Positions 19,154-29,537 of a stretch of 64,000 nucleotides of DNA are shown in pieces. Within the stretch, counting starts at the first letter, position 1. Each line of letters opens with the position of its first letter. A program made the translations under genes and the position numbers. Under the pieces are notes generated by a model, which ran no database searches, was not told the DNA's origin, and saw nothing but the letters and a program-made list of their open reading frames with translations. Source of the DNA: Abditibacterium sp. (GTDB lineage Bacteria; Armatimonadota; Abditibacteriia; Abditibacteriales; Abditibacteriaceae); NCBI GenBank assembly GCA_965199495.1, contig CBDASK010000003.1, positions 576,001-640,000 on the forward strand. Reading direction: 5' to 3'.

Positions 19154-19978
19154 TTATGCGGTTTGAACTGCGCCGTTTACGTCGCGTTTGGTGACAACCA
19201 GATAAACCACCAAAACCAAAACCGCTCCCAGAAAAATCGCGCTGGTGACGGTCGTGCCCAAACCCAAACCGCCCAACTTGTGCGGCTGCGACATCAAATC
19301 GCCCATCGAGGCGCCCAAAGGTCGCGTCAAAATGTAGGCCAGCCAGAACGACAGAATGCCGTTGAGTTTGAACGCGAAATGAGCGAAAGCGATTAAGGCG
19401 ATAAGTCCGGCGAAAATGCCCAGCGAAGCGAGATAACCGATGCCGAACTGTTCGGCGATTAGATCGCCCGATGCCGTGCCCAACGCGAAGGTGAACAGAA
19501 TAGCCGCCCAGTAAAACGCCTCGCGCCGCGTCGTATCAATATCGTGAACCGATAATGTATGCTCGACTTGATACCACGCTGCGAACGTCGCAATCAAAGC
19601 GAGACTAAATCCGATGGTGGAAGTAATCAGCGATATACCGAGGTTATCGGTCAGATTATCGGTAATCAGCGTGCCGACAACGCTGAGTAATACCACGACA
19701 ATCCAGTAAAGTCCGGCTTTATACTCGCGCGCGCGGAACTGAAAAATTAGCGCCACGATAAGCAACGCGCCCATAATGTAGGTTGTGTTGGTGAGGCCTA
19801 AACCGAGATTCTCATTAAGAAAATCGGCGGCGGTTTCGCCGACGGTGGTGCAGAGAATCTTGATAATCCAGAAGAAAATCGTGATTTGCGGCACTTTGTT
19901 CAGCATTTGGCGCGCGAGCGAATCGGGTTTTGCAACCGGCTCGATGGCGGGATTAGGCGCGATATTTTGTGGTGACAT
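19154..19978 (-). CDS. COG4705/DUF347 membrane protein (second paralog)
   Basis: NKVPQITIFFWIIKILCTTVGETAAD, LGTASGD, LTRPLGASMGD. Confidence 0.85.
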   Translation of the reverse strand: MSPQNIAPNPAIEPVAKPDSLARQMLNKVPQITIFFWIIKILCTTVGETAADFLNENLGLGLTNTTYIMGALLIVALIFQFRAREYKAGLYWIVVVLLSVVGTLITDNLTDNLGISLITSTIGFSLALIATFAAWYQVEHTLSVHDIDTTRREAFYWAAILFTFALGTASGDLIAEQFGIGYLASLGIFAGLIALIAFAHFAFKLNGILSFWLAYILTRPLGASMGDLMSQPHKLGGLGLGTTVTSAIFLGAVLVLVVYLVVTKRDVNGAVQTA

Positions 19979-20013
19979 GATGGATTTTTCACCGTCTATT
20001 CCATCGTTTTGGT

Positions 20014-20051
20014 TTAAGTGGAGCTTGTGATTTGCGTGAGTTTCTTCTCAG
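20014..20051. promoter_or_regulatory. 11-bp phased direct-repeat boxes
   Basis: ttaag 20014, ttgtg 20025, gtgag 20036, ctcag 20047. Confidence 0.4.
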
Positions 20052-20129
20052 ACCAAAGCGCGGAACGCCCTCAATTGAAGGCGTTCTTTACTGACGCGCT
20101 GGCTCCATTGCGATGCGCTGTACAAACTT

Positions 20130-21167
20130 ATGAAAATCCGTTCTCTTCTTTCTCTATCGCTCGCCCTCGCGGCGCCCGCGCTGGCCGTTTCGAGCGCCCA
20201 AGCCGCGCTGGTCACGCCACAATATCATCTGGCCGCCGATTGGAAATTGGCGGGCGACGGTTTTTGGGATTACCTGACGGTGGACGCATCCGCGCACCGG
20301 CTTTATATTCCGCGCGACACGCGCATCCAAGTCGTGGACACGCGCGACGGCCATCTCGTCGGCGAGATTGGCGGCGTGAAAGAAGCGCACGGCGTGGCGA
20401 TTGTGCCCAAACTCGGCGTGGGTTTCGCCACCAGCGGCGGCGATAACAGCGTCATTGTCTTCGATCTCCAAACGCTCAAGCCCGCCAGCGCGCCGATTGA
20501 AGTCGGCGAAGGGCCGGACGCCATCGCCTACGAACCCACGACTGGCCAGATTTTCACCATGAACGGCGACGGCAAAAGTACTTCGGTTATCAACGCCAAA
20601 ACGCGCCAAGTTGTCGCTACGATTGATCTGGGCACCAACGCCGAATCCGCCGTGGCTGATGGCAAAGGGCACTTGTTCATCAATCTCGAAGGCACCTCGC
20701 AAATCGCCGAAGTGGACGCCAAAACGCGCGTGATTTCTCACGTTTGGCCGTTCGCGCCCGGCGAGGAACCGACCGGCTTGAGCTACGACGCCAAGAAACA
20801 TTGGCTCTTCGCGGGTTGCCATAACAAAACTCTGATCGTTTTGGATGCGCGCACTGGAAACGTCGTGGCGCATTTGCCCATCGGCGCGGGCGTGGATGCC
20901 GGTGTTTTCGATGCGAAACTTGGCCTATCGCTGAGTTCGTGTGGGCGCGATGGCACGCTTGCCATTGTCGGCGAAAAAGCGGGCCAACCCGCGCTGTTGG
21001 CCACGCTGCCCACGCATACGGGCGCGCGCACGATGGCTCTCGATCCGATCAGCCACGCCGTCTTTGTCGTCGCCGCCGATTACCAGCCATTGCAACCGGG
21101 CCAACGTTATCCGCAGGCCGTGCCGGGCAGCACGCGAATTTTGAAATATGAATTGGGCGCCAAATAA
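20130..21167 (+). CDS. YncE/YVTN-family beta-propeller secreted protein
   Basis: Signal peptide; GDGFWDYLTVD, AHGVAI, GPDAIAYE, GEEPTGL, GARTMALD. Confidence 0.88.
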   Translation: MKIRSLLSLSLALAAPALAVSSAQAALVTPQYHLAADWKLAGDGFWDYLTVDASAHRLYIPRDTRIQVVDTRDGHLVGEIGGVKEAHGVAIVPKLGVGFATSGGDNSVIVFDLQTLKPASAPIEVGEGPDAIAYEPTTGQIFTMNGDGKSTSVINAKTRQVVATIDLGTNAESAVADGKGHLFINLEGTSQIAEVDAKTRVISHVWPFAPGEEPTGLSYDAKKHWLFAGCHNKTLIVLDARTGNVVAHLPIGAGVDAGVFDAKLGLSLSSCGRDGTLAIVGEKAGQPALLATLPTHTGARTMALDPISHAVFVVAADYQPLQPGQRYPQAVPGSTRILKYELGAK

Positions 21168-21256
21168 ATATCCAGATAAGAAATTATAGGGCCGATTCAC
21201 AGGAATTTCATAGGCGAGAGCAGCGAGTCTGGCGAAAACTGCACACTCACAGACTT

Positions 21257-22672
21257 ATGAAGCGATTCCCCACTTTATTATGGCGAGGAAAAACTGTCGG
21301 CGCCTTGTTTTTAGCGACCGCGATTCTCCCACTTTATGCGCAAGCCCAAACGCCGCTCACGCTCGGTGGCGCTTTAAGCGGCGCGATTTCCGCCAACCCA
21401 ACGGCGCGCGCATCGCAGCAAGAACTGGCGCTGGCGGGCGCGCAACTGGCGAGCGCGCGCGCGGCGGCGGGCTTTTCGGTCACGCTCGATTCGAGTTTGG
21501 GTTTGTCCAATGCCAGCGTGATTCAGGGGCCGCCGTCGCGCGAGAATTTCAACACTTTAACCAATACGCTCACGGTTCCGCTCAACGTCGGGCCGTTCGG
21601 TCGGGGCGTAAAATTGAGCGTTTCGCAAGCCGAGCAGGAACTTCTGGCGGCGCAGGCGCGCTTCGACGCCGCGCGTTTGGATTTGGCCGGACAGGTCAGC
21701 ACGGCCTATTACGGCGTTTTGCGCCAGCAGGCTTTGCTCCAAATCGCGCGCGAAACAGAGGCGCAGGCGGTGCGGCAATATCAGGACGCGGGCAAGCGAT
21801 TCAAACTGGGCGACGTGCCCGAACTCGACGTGACAAGGGCGCGCGTGCCGGTCGCCAATGCGCGCGCCGCCGAAGTCGGCGCGCTCAACGCGCTCGCCAT
21901 TGCGCGCCAGACGCTCAACGTGTTAGTCGGCCAACCGCTCGATGCGCCGGTTTCCTTGGAGGACGTGCCAGCCACGGCGACGCAATTGCCGTTCACGCTC
22001 GAAGAGGCGCGCAGGCGCGCGGTCGAATATTCGCCCGCCGTGCGCGCCGCCGATGCGACCGTTAGAGCCAACGAAATCGGGTTGCAAATTAGCAAACATG
22101 GGCGCGATCCGGTTTTGGCGCTTCAGGCCAGCGACGTGCGTTCCAACGACCAAACCGGTTTTCGTAGTCTGGACACCGTTCAAGCCACGATTTCGATTCC
22201 GCTTTCCGACGGCGGCGCGGGCAAAGCCGCGCGCAAAGCCGCGCAAGCGACATTGGAGCAGTCGCGCGCGCAAGCCGAAGTCGCGCGCCAGACGACTTTG
22301 GTCGCGGTCAGCGCGGCCTATCTGACGGCGCAAAGCAGCCAGAAACAGTTGGACGCGGCGAGGGAGGCCCGCGACATCGCGCAGATCGCCTACGACAAAA
22401 CCGAGCGTGGCTACACGCTCGGCCTATATCCGTTCGCCGATGTGTTGACGGCGGGCAACGAATTGCGTCTGGCACGCACGACTTACGCTCAGGCGCTTTA
22501 CGACGCGGCCAACGCGGTTTCAACGCTGGGCAACACGGTCAATCAGGGCGCGACGGCGTTGCCCGCGCCGGACACTGGCGGCGTGGCTGCTGTGGTTAAT
22601 CCGACAGTTTCGGCGCCAACTACGGGCGTAACCGATGCAGCCACGGCGCCGATGGTGGGAGGTGCGCAGTGA
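21257..22672 (+). CDS. TolC-family outer membrane efflux protein
   Basis: Signal peptide and two helical OEP-like repeats; first gene of the OMF-MFP-RND trio. Confidence 0.88.
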   Translation: MKRFPTLLWRGKTVGALFLATAILPLYAQAQTPLTLGGALSGAISANPTARASQQELALAGAQLASARAAAGFSVTLDSSLGLSNASVIQGPPSRENFNTLTNTLTVPLNVGPFGRGVKLSVSQAEQELLAAQARFDAARLDLAGQVSTAYYGVLRQQALLQIARETEAQAVRQYQDAGKRFKLGDVPELDVTRARVPVANARAAEVGALNALAIARQTLNVLVGQPLDAPVSLEDVPATATQLPFTLEEARRRAVEYSPAVRAADATVRANEIGLQISKHGRDPVLALQASDVRSNDQTGFRSLDTVQATISIPLSDGGAGKAARKAAQATLEQSRAQAEVARQTTLVAVSAAYLTAQSSQKQLDAAREARDIAQIAYDKTERGYTLGLYPFADVLTAGNELRLARTTYAQALYDAANAVSTLGNTVNQGATALPAPDTGGVAAVVNPTVSAPTTGVTDAATAPMVGGAQ

Positions 22673-24138
22673 AAAGTTGGTTTCGCGTCTTTAACTTGAG
22701 GGGTTCTTATATGCGTGAAGCGAGCGCAGTCACACTCATATACGTCCCGCTCGCCTTAATCGCCGCCATCGCCCTGAGCGGTTGCGGCAAAAAATCGAAT
22801 CCCGACGCGCCCTTCACAACCGGCAACACAACCGATACCAATGCAACCGCCGATAACGCCGCACTGGCTGACACCAACGCGCCCGCCGATAACGCTTCTG
22901 CCGATACTGGCGCGCCGACGCTAAAATTGGCGAGCGCGACAATCGGCGCCATTGACGCGACTTTGCCAGCAACCGGAACATTGACAGCGTTTTCCAACCG
23001 CGAAACCAAAATCACGCCAGCCACGGCGGGCACGCTGCAAAGTTTGCCGATTCGGTTGGGCCAAAAAGTCGGACGCGGCGACGTTTTGGCGCAGCTTTCG
23101 ACGGCGCCGGTGCAAGGCCAAATCACGCAAGCGCAAGCGGCGTTGCAACAAAGTAAAGTCGCCGTTCAACAGGCGCAGGCCAGCGCGATTGGGCAGGAAG
23201 CCCAAAGCTCGACCGGCATTTTGCAAGCGCAAGCGCAGGTTTCGCAAGCGCAAGCGAGTTTGCAGGGCGATCAGGCCACGCTCATCAACGCGCGCCAGAC
23301 GCTTAGTCGTTCGCAAGCGTTGTTTAACGAAGGTTTAATCGCGCGCAAAGATGTCGAAACCGCGCAACTCGCGGTTCGCACGGCGCAGGCGCAAGTCGCC
23401 GCGCAAGGGCGCACCATCGAAGCGCAACGCCAGAACGTCGCCGCCGCGCGCGCGGCTTCGCTGCAAAATGCCGTCAAGCGCGAAGACGTGAAAATCGCGC
23501 AACAACAAGTCGAAGGCGCGCGCGCCGCGCTGCAAACCGCGCGCAACCAACTCGCGCTTTACACCATTCGTGCGCCAATTTCCGGCACATTAACCAGCGT
23601 GGATGTCGGGCCGGGCGCGACGGTTGACACCACGACGCCCATCGCAACTTTGACCGATTTGAGCCAGTTGCAACTTTCTATCGCCGTGCCCGCCGACAGC
23701 GCATCGAAAATCAGCGTCGGCCAAACCGTGAAGTTCGAGGTGCAGAATCTGCCCAATCGCGTTTTTACCACGCGCATTGATTCTTTGAGCAACGGCATTG
23801 ACGCCGCGACCGGCACGCTGACCGCGTTCGCTGCGGTCACTAACACGAGCGGCCATTTCAAAGACGATGCGCTCGCCAAAGTTCAAATCGTGACGCGCCA
23901 CATCGCGGCGGCGGTTTTGGTGCCGCAAAGCGCGGTTTTAGCCGATCCACAAAGTGGGGAAACCAGCGTTGTTGTCGTTGGCGCGGATAATATCGCGCAC
24001 GTTCGGACGGTAAAAACGGGCTTGAGCGAAGGTGGAAAAACGCAGATTACGAGCGGCATTAAGCCGAACGAAAAAGTCGCGATTAGCGGTCAATATGGTT
24101 TGGAAGACGGGACGAAAGTGGCGGTGCCTAAAGGTTAA
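22669..24138 (+). CDS. RND efflux periplasmic adaptor (MFP), lipoprotein
   Basis: Lipobox LSGC; GQKVGRGDVLAQL, long coiled coil, TIRAPISG. Confidence 0.9.
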   Translation: MKSWFRVFNLRGSYMREASAVTLIYVPLALIAAIALSGCGKKSNPDAPFTTGNTTDTNATADNAALADTNAPADNASADTGAPTLKLASATIGAIDATLPATGTLTAFSNRETKITPATAGTLQSLPIRLGQKVGRGDVLAQLSTAPVQGQITQAQAALQQSKVAVQQAQASAIGQEAQSSTGILQAQAQVSQAQASLQGDQATLINARQTLSRSQALFNEGLIARKDVETAQLAVRTAQAQVAAQGRTIEAQRQNVAAARAASLQNAVKREDVKIAQQQVEGARAALQTARNQLALYTIRAPISGTLTSVDVGPGATVDTTTPIATLTDLSQLQLSIAVPADSASKISVGQTVKFEVQNLPNRVFTTRIDSLSNGIDAATGTLTAFAAVTNTSGHFKDDALAKVQIVTRHIAAAVLVPQSAVLADPQSGETSVVVVGADNIAHVRTVKTGLSEGGKTQITSGIKPNEKVAISGQYGLEDGTKVAVPKG

Positions 24139-24141
24139 TTT

Positions 24142-27100
24142 ATGGGCCTCACACTTTTCATCTGGCACAACCGCAAAGCCGTGCTTTTGCTCGTCGCGCT
24201 GTTGTGCGCGATGGGCGCGTTTTTCTATCGCACCCTGCCCGTCGCCATCTTCCCCGACCTGACGGCGCCGCGCATCATCGTCACCGCCGACGCGGGCGAT
24301 ACGCCGATTCCGGCGTTGCTCGCCAAAATCACGCGCCCGCTCGAAGGCGCCGTGGCTGGTGTGCCCGGCATCACGAAACTGGGTTCTTTGACGCAACAAG
24401 GCAGCGCCGAGTTGGACGTGAATTTTCAGCCCGGCACCGATATGTTGGTCACGCTGCAAAAGGTCGAATCCAAAATCAGCGCCATCCAGAACGATTTGCC
24501 GCCCGGAACGCAGGTCGCCGCCGAACGGCTCAATCCCGCCGTGTTTCCCGTGATGGGTTACAGTCTGTATTCCAAAACCGTGAGCGCCAAGGAGCTGCAT
24601 CGCATCGCGCTTTACACCGTGCGCCCGCGCCTTTTGCGCGTGACCGATGTGCAACAAATTTCGGTTTTGGGCGGCGATACGCCCAATTTCACCGTCACGC
24701 TCAACCCGACGGCGATGCAAAGTCGCGGCGTCACCATTTCCGATGTGACCGACGCATTATCTAAAAATAACGTGATCGCTTCGGCGGGCTACTACGACAA
24801 ATCGTTTCTGCACTACCAAATTTTGGTGTCGGGACTTTTGCGCGGCTCCGCCGATATTAACAACATCGCCGTCGCGGTCAAGAATCGCATTCCCGTCACG
24901 CTCAATCAAATCGCGACTGTGACAAACGGGGTCGAGCCGCAAACAATCGCCACGAGCGGTGACGGGCACAACGCGGTTTTGGTCAACGTGATTAAACAAC
25001 CGGCGGGCAACACGATTCAGGTCGCCGACGGCATTGACGCCGCGCTACACGAACTCGAAGCCACGCTCCCGCCGGGCGTCACGATTTCGACGTTTTATGA
25101 CCAATCGCAAATCGTCCACGAATCGCAAAACAGCGTGGTCGAAGCGATTATCATTGGCGGCGTTTTGGCGATGCTCGTCGTCGTTTTATTTCTGGGCAAT
25201 CTGCGTACGGCGAGCGTGGTTCTCATTGCGCTGCCGCTCACGGTTTCGATCACGTTCGCGCTGATGAAAGTTTTGGGCCAAACGCTCAATATCATGACGC
25301 TGGGCGCCCTCGCTGTCGCGCTGGGTTTGGTGATTGACGACAGCATCGTTGTCGTCGAAAACATCTATCACGAACTGGAAAGCGGATTGTCGCGGCGCGC
25401 GGCGATTGCGTCGGGACTGGCACTCGTTACGCCCGCGATGATCGGCTCTTCGATTACAACGATGGCGGCGTTCGCGCCGCTCTTGTTTTTAACGGGCATT
25501 ACCGGCGAATTTTTCGGGCCGCTCTCGCTCGTCATGCTGATGACGTTGGCCGTTTCGTTGGGCTTGGCGCTGGTTTTGGTGCCGCTTTTGGCGGGTTGGT
25601 TGTTGCCCGAAAAAGCCGAACATCCGAGCGGAATCGCGGGCAAAATTCTGGGGTTCGTGCCGCACTTATTCGATTTGCTGGCGAACGTTTACGGGCGCGT
25701 TCTGGGCTGGTGTCTGGGCCATCGCTGGGTCGTCATCGTCGCATTATTGCCGTTGGGATTTGCGACGTATTCGCTTTATGGGCGTTTGCAAACCGGCTTT
25801 TTCCCCGAATTTGACGAGGGCGGATTTATCCTGGATTACCAGACGCCCGCCGGAACTTCCCTCGCGCAAACCGATTCGGACGCCCTCAAAGTCGAGAGAA
25901 TTTTAGCAGCCACGCCCGAAGTCGCGGCGTGGTCGCGGCGCACGGGCGCGCAGTTGGGTTTCGATATTACCACGATTAACAGCGGCGATATTTCGGTGCG
26001 TCTCAAGACCGACCGCTCGCGCGGCATTGACGCCGTGATGGACGATATTCGCACGCGCGTCGAAGCGCAGGTGCCCAGCGTCGCGGCGGATTTTCACCAG
26101 ATTTTGCAAGACCAAATCGGCGACATCGCCGGTTCGCCTTCGCCGGTTCAAATCAAAATCTTTGGCGACGACGAAGCGCAACTCGAAAAATTAGCGAGCC
26201 AAGTCAACGACTTAATCGCCAAAGTTCCGGGCGTGGTGGATAACAACAACGGCATCGTCAACAGCAGCCCGCAGGCGATTGTGCGCGTGGATACGGCGCG
26301 CGCGCAACGCTTCGGTTTTGCCACCGACGACATCCAAACCGCCGCGCAAACCGCTTTAATCGGCAGCGTGCCGACCAACATTCAGCAGGGCGAGCAGACC
26401 ATCGGCGTGCGCGTCAGAGTCGCGCCGCCGCCCGGCGGCGTGGATGCCAGCACTCTGCCCGCGATTCCGTTGCCGTCGCCGGTCACGGGCACAACGGTGC
26501 CGCTCAATCAAGTCGCCAATATCAATGTCGAGCCGGGCACGCCGCAAATCACGCGCGAAGACCAGCGCCAGATGATCGCCGTCACCGCCAGTTTGTCGGG
26601 CCGCGATTTAGGCAGCGCCACGCAAGAAATCCAGAACGTCATCCAAAAACAGGTGAAGCTGCCCAACGGCTACTCCATCGAATACGGCGGACTTTACGCC
26701 AGCCAGCAAGATTCGTTTGGACAACTGGGCGCTGTGATGCTGGTTTCGCTGCTGCTGGTTTTCGCGCTTTTGGTTTTGCAACTGCGCTCATTGCGCCAAT
26801 CCATCGCCCTGCTTTTGGCGGCGATTTTATCCATGAGCGGCGTATTAGCCGCGCTTTATCTCACCAAAACGCAGCTCAACATTTCGAGCATCACCGGCGC
26901 GGTTATGATCATTGGAATCATCACCGAAAACGGCATCGTTTTGTTCGATTTCTTCAACCGCCTACGCCGCGAAAACTCCGACAAACCGATACTCGATTTG
27001 ATGAAGCAAGCGTGCCGCGAACGATTGCGTCCAATTGTGATGACGACCATCGGCGCGATTCTGGCGCTCTTTCCACTTTCACTGGGTTTGGGCGCGGGCG

Positions 27101-27282
27101 CGGCGTTACAAAAACCGCTCGCCATCGCCGTTATCGGCGGCCTGACGGTTTCGACGATTTTCACGTTGTTAGTGGCGCCGACGTTATTTCTGGCGCTGGA
27201 AAGTTGGAAGCCTTCGCGCGCGCAAACCGAGGAAAACAAGGAATTTGAAGCGGTGCAGCGCGAGTTGGAAACGGCTCACTGA
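24142..27282 (+). CDS. RND permease (CusA/CzcA/AcrB superfamily)
   Basis: 1046 aa; GLVIDDSIVVVENI, RLRPIVMT, PLAIAVIGGL. Confidence 0.95.
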   Translation: MGLTLFIWHNRKAVLLLVALLCAMGAFFYRTLPVAIFPDLTAPRIIVTADAGDTPIPALLAKITRPLEGAVAGVPGITKLGSLTQQGSAELDVNFQPGTDMLVTLQKVESKISAIQNDLPPGTQVAAERLNPAVFPVMGYSLYSKTVSAKELHRIALYTVRPRLLRVTDVQQISVLGGDTPNFTVTLNPTAMQSRGVTISDVTDALSKNNVIASAGYYDKSFLHYQILVSGLLRGSADINNIAVAVKNRIPVTLNQIATVTNGVEPQTIATSGDGHNAVLVNVIKQPAGNTIQVADGIDAALHELEATLPPGVTISTFYDQSQIVHESQNSVVEAIIIGGVLAMLVVVLFLGNLRTASVVLIALPLTVSITFALMKVLGQTLNIMTLGALAVALGLVIDDSIVVVENIYHELESGLSRRAAIASGLALVTPAMIGSSITTMAAFAPLLFLTGITGEFFGPLSLVMLMTLAVSLGLALVLVPLLAGWLLPEKAEHPSGIAGKILGFVPHLFDLLANVYGRVLGWCLGHRWVVIVALLPLGFATYSLYGRLQTGFFPEFDEGGFILDYQTPAGTSLAQTDSDALKVERILAATPEVAAWSRRTGAQLGFDITTINSGDISVRLKTDRSRGIDAVMDDIRTRVEAQVPSVAADFHQILQDQIGDIAGSPSPVQIKIFGDDEAQLEKLASQVNDLIAKVPGVVDNNNGIVNSSPQAIVRVDTARAQRFGFATDDIQTAAQTALIGSVPTNIQQGEQTIGVRVRVAPPPGGVDASTLPAIPLPSPVTGTTVPLNQVANINVEPGTPQITREDQRQMIAVTASLSGRDLGSATQEIQNVIQKQVKLPNGYSIEYGGLYASQQDSFGQLGAVMLVSLLLVFALLVLQLRSLRQSIALLLAAILSMSGVLAALYLTKTQLNISSITGAVMIIGIITENGIVLFDFFNRLRRENSDKPILDLMKQACRERLRPIVMTTIGAILALFPLSLGLGAGAALQKPLAIAVIGGLTVSTIFTLLVAPTLFLALESWKPSRAQTEENKEFEAVQRELETAH

Positions 27283-27345
27283 GCGTTTGCTTAGCTCGCG
27301 CTTGGGTAATTCTTAATTCGGTGATGCGGGCGAAACGTTTATTTA

Positions 27346-28207
27346 ACCAATGGTGCGGATGGGTTTAGAGCTTAAACTGGGCCAAACACAGTTGTGTTTC
27401 TCCGCTCCAGTCGAAGCAGATATTACAGACGGCGCAGGTATAAGCCAATCGGGCTTTGAGCGGTTCAAGCAACCGATGGGCGAGCTTCTTCATCCTCAAG
27501 ACGGTTGTGAACAAAGAGAAGAGCGTCTCGACGATCATACGGTCGTTCCACTGCCCCTTGCGGCAGATCTTCAGGTTTTCTGGGTCGCCCCCACGGGCGT
27601 GGAAGCCTCCGTCGCTAAACACGATCATCTGCTCTTTGACCGACTCGATGAGCGGGTGAAAGGCGCTGTCATGCACGCCCGCCCCATCCACGCGAAAGCC
27701 CACGATGCGCCCCAGATTATCGGTCAATACGCAGATTTTGGCCCCAACAATCCAACGGTGCAGACTCTTGCCTTTGCGCGCAATCTCGCGCTGAGTGTGC
27801 CGCTCGCGCCAGGGATGCACCAGCTCGATGCCATAGGAGTCCACCACGCCAAAGAGCGTGGCTGTGGCCAGAAAACGTTGACAGAGTGCTTGATAAGTGA
27901 CGAACAAACGGAACAGGCGTGTGCGTTCGGGCAGCCGGGGAAAGAGCGGGCCTAACTCGCGCCGCACCCAACGATCAAAAGCGCGATTGCCTTCGCCGCG
28001 CAGCACTTGCAGCATCGCCAGTGTCACAACTTCGCTGGGATGAAGCAGGGAAAACGGGTGTTTCTCTTGGTCGAATAACCCATCATCGACACGGCAAAAC
28101 AGGGCAATGGTAAAATCAATTGTGGTCATCGGGGAGGCTCTTTGGTGTTTTGGTCAACCTCAAAGTTTGCCGTCCCGATGACTCCTTCGCACACCCGCAC
28201 CATTGGT
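27346..28207. mobile_element. IS982-like insertion sequence
   Basis: Terminal inverted repeats taaccaatggtgcggatg / cacccgcaccattggtta (17/18). Flanks tattta / tactta may be an imperfect 6-bp duplication. Confidence 0.8.
27365..28129 (-). CDS. DDE transposase, IS982-like
   Basis: SEVVTL, FPRLPERTRL, VVDS, SDGGF, RMIVETLFS motifs; enclosed by inverted repeats. Confidence 0.85.
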   Translation of the reverse strand: MTTIDFTIALFCRVDDGLFDQEKHPFSLLHPSEVVTLAMLQVLRGEGNRAFDRWVRRELGPLFPRLPERTRLFRLFVTYQALCQRFLATATLFGVVDSYGIELVHPWRERHTQREIARKGKSLHRWIVGAKICVLTDNLGRIVGFRVDGAGVHDSAFHPLIESVKEQMIVFSDGGFHARGGDPENLKICRKGQWNDRMIVETLFSLFTTVLRMKKLAHRLLEPLKARLAYTCAVCNICFDWSGETQLCLAQFKL

Positions 28208-28338
28208 TACTTAGGGTGCGAGGCGCGGAGTGTTTTGCGGGGTCGGCGTTTCATTTTCTCTCCATTTGAAAAGCCGATTGCATCTACCTACAAAGCGCTT
28301 CGCGTCTCGCACGCTAACTGTATTTCAAGCGAAAAACC

Positions 28339-29033
28339 ATGAAAAAATTGATTTTACCCCCGCTCACTCTCACCGCTCTGGCGCTCGCTTCGATATGCAG
28401 CCACGTCGCTCTGGCCGCTCCCGCGCGCCCCGATACCGCGCCGCGCCCGATGGCGCCCGTTTACAAGTTTCAACAACCAAAAGCGCTCTTCAACGTGAGC
28501 GAGGACAGCGAAGACCTTTATGATCAAGCGTTCGCTTCCAACTGGACAAAGCGAGCGCGGCGCTCGCTGTAATCAGCCGCGACGACGCGGTTTTGCGCAA
28601 AACGCAACCGTCGCTGAAAAAGCGCAGCGACGGCGTGGCTGCTCTTGCCGTCGCCGTCAAGCGCGACATCGCCGCCCAAGATCGGCCCGCCGCTTTGCGC
28701 GACATCAACCAGATAACGCGACTGACCATCGAGATGGACGCCGCTTACAGCGCGCCGATTCCGGTCGAAGTGAGCCTGATCGATTATTATGGCCGCGAAT
28801 TGCAGGTCTGGGCTATCGCCGGAGACAAGGCGCACTTGCAAAGCACGCTGGACGCGCTGCAAACGACGTGGCGCAAAGTGCGACCTCAAGTCGTGGCACG
28901 CAAGGGCGGAACCAAAGCCGCGCACAGTTTCGATACGATGGTCGCGCACGCCCAGTCCGCGAAGAGCATGATGCAAGCTGCGGCGCCGTTGCTCGAAGAA
29001 GTGGATCGATTGGAAAACGTCTTCGGCGCGTGA
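28339..29033 (+). pseudogene. Secreted helical hypothetical protein split by a 1-nt deletion near 28549
   Basis: The signal-peptide ORF 28339-28572 joins the 28593-29033 frame if one base is restored in ...tggacaaagcg..., giving ASNWTKASAALAVISRDDAVLRKTQ. Confidence 0.7.
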
Positions 29034-29047
29034 ACACAGCGCGATAT

Positions 29048-29088
29048 AACGAAAAGCCTCGCTCAATACTTGGGCGAGGCTTTTCGTT
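29048..29088. terminator. Intrinsic terminator
   Basis: aacgaaaagcctcgctcaa-tac-ttgggcgaggcttttcgtt. Confidence 0.8.
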
Positions 29089-29191
29089 TAAATTGGCTTT
29101 TACTGACAGGCGAGACACGTATAAAATCAACATTTTATTTAACATATCAACTTGTCTCTGATAAATATTTTAAATTGACACAAAATTCTTG

Positions 29192-29220
29192 TTGACAGCT
29201 ATAAGCGTTAAACTTAAAAT
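29192..29220 (+). promoter_or_regulatory. Sigma70-type promoter
   Basis: TTGACA-N17-TAAAAT in an AT-rich region upstream of the secretin-like gene. Confidence 0.65.
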
Positions 29221-29537
29221 TTGAATTGTTACAAAATAGCGCTTTGAAATTCAAATTAAAAGGCGTTATTGAGCATTGATGCCGTTGGTTTTTTGCCCTT
29301 CTATTAAGCCGTTTGCCCGCTCACTTCACGCGGTTTGGTCGCATCCATCAGGGATGGAAGCCGCTATTTCTGTCCGCAAGCCTGTTCTTGTGGCTCAACA
29401 AATCGGACGGCATTTCTACTCTACGCTCTCTCTGACCAAGGTAAGAAATGGAGATCGATTTTTCCGATAGCGGCAACGGTTTGGTCTTCGCTCCCCAACC
29501 CTGAGCATCGAGATAAAAACGGTGGAATTGATGCTCA

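Noticed and set aside
28540..28560. Programmed ribosomal frameshift in the split secreted gene
   Set aside because: There is no canonical slippery heptamer or obvious stimulatory structure; a simple indel is more parsimonious.
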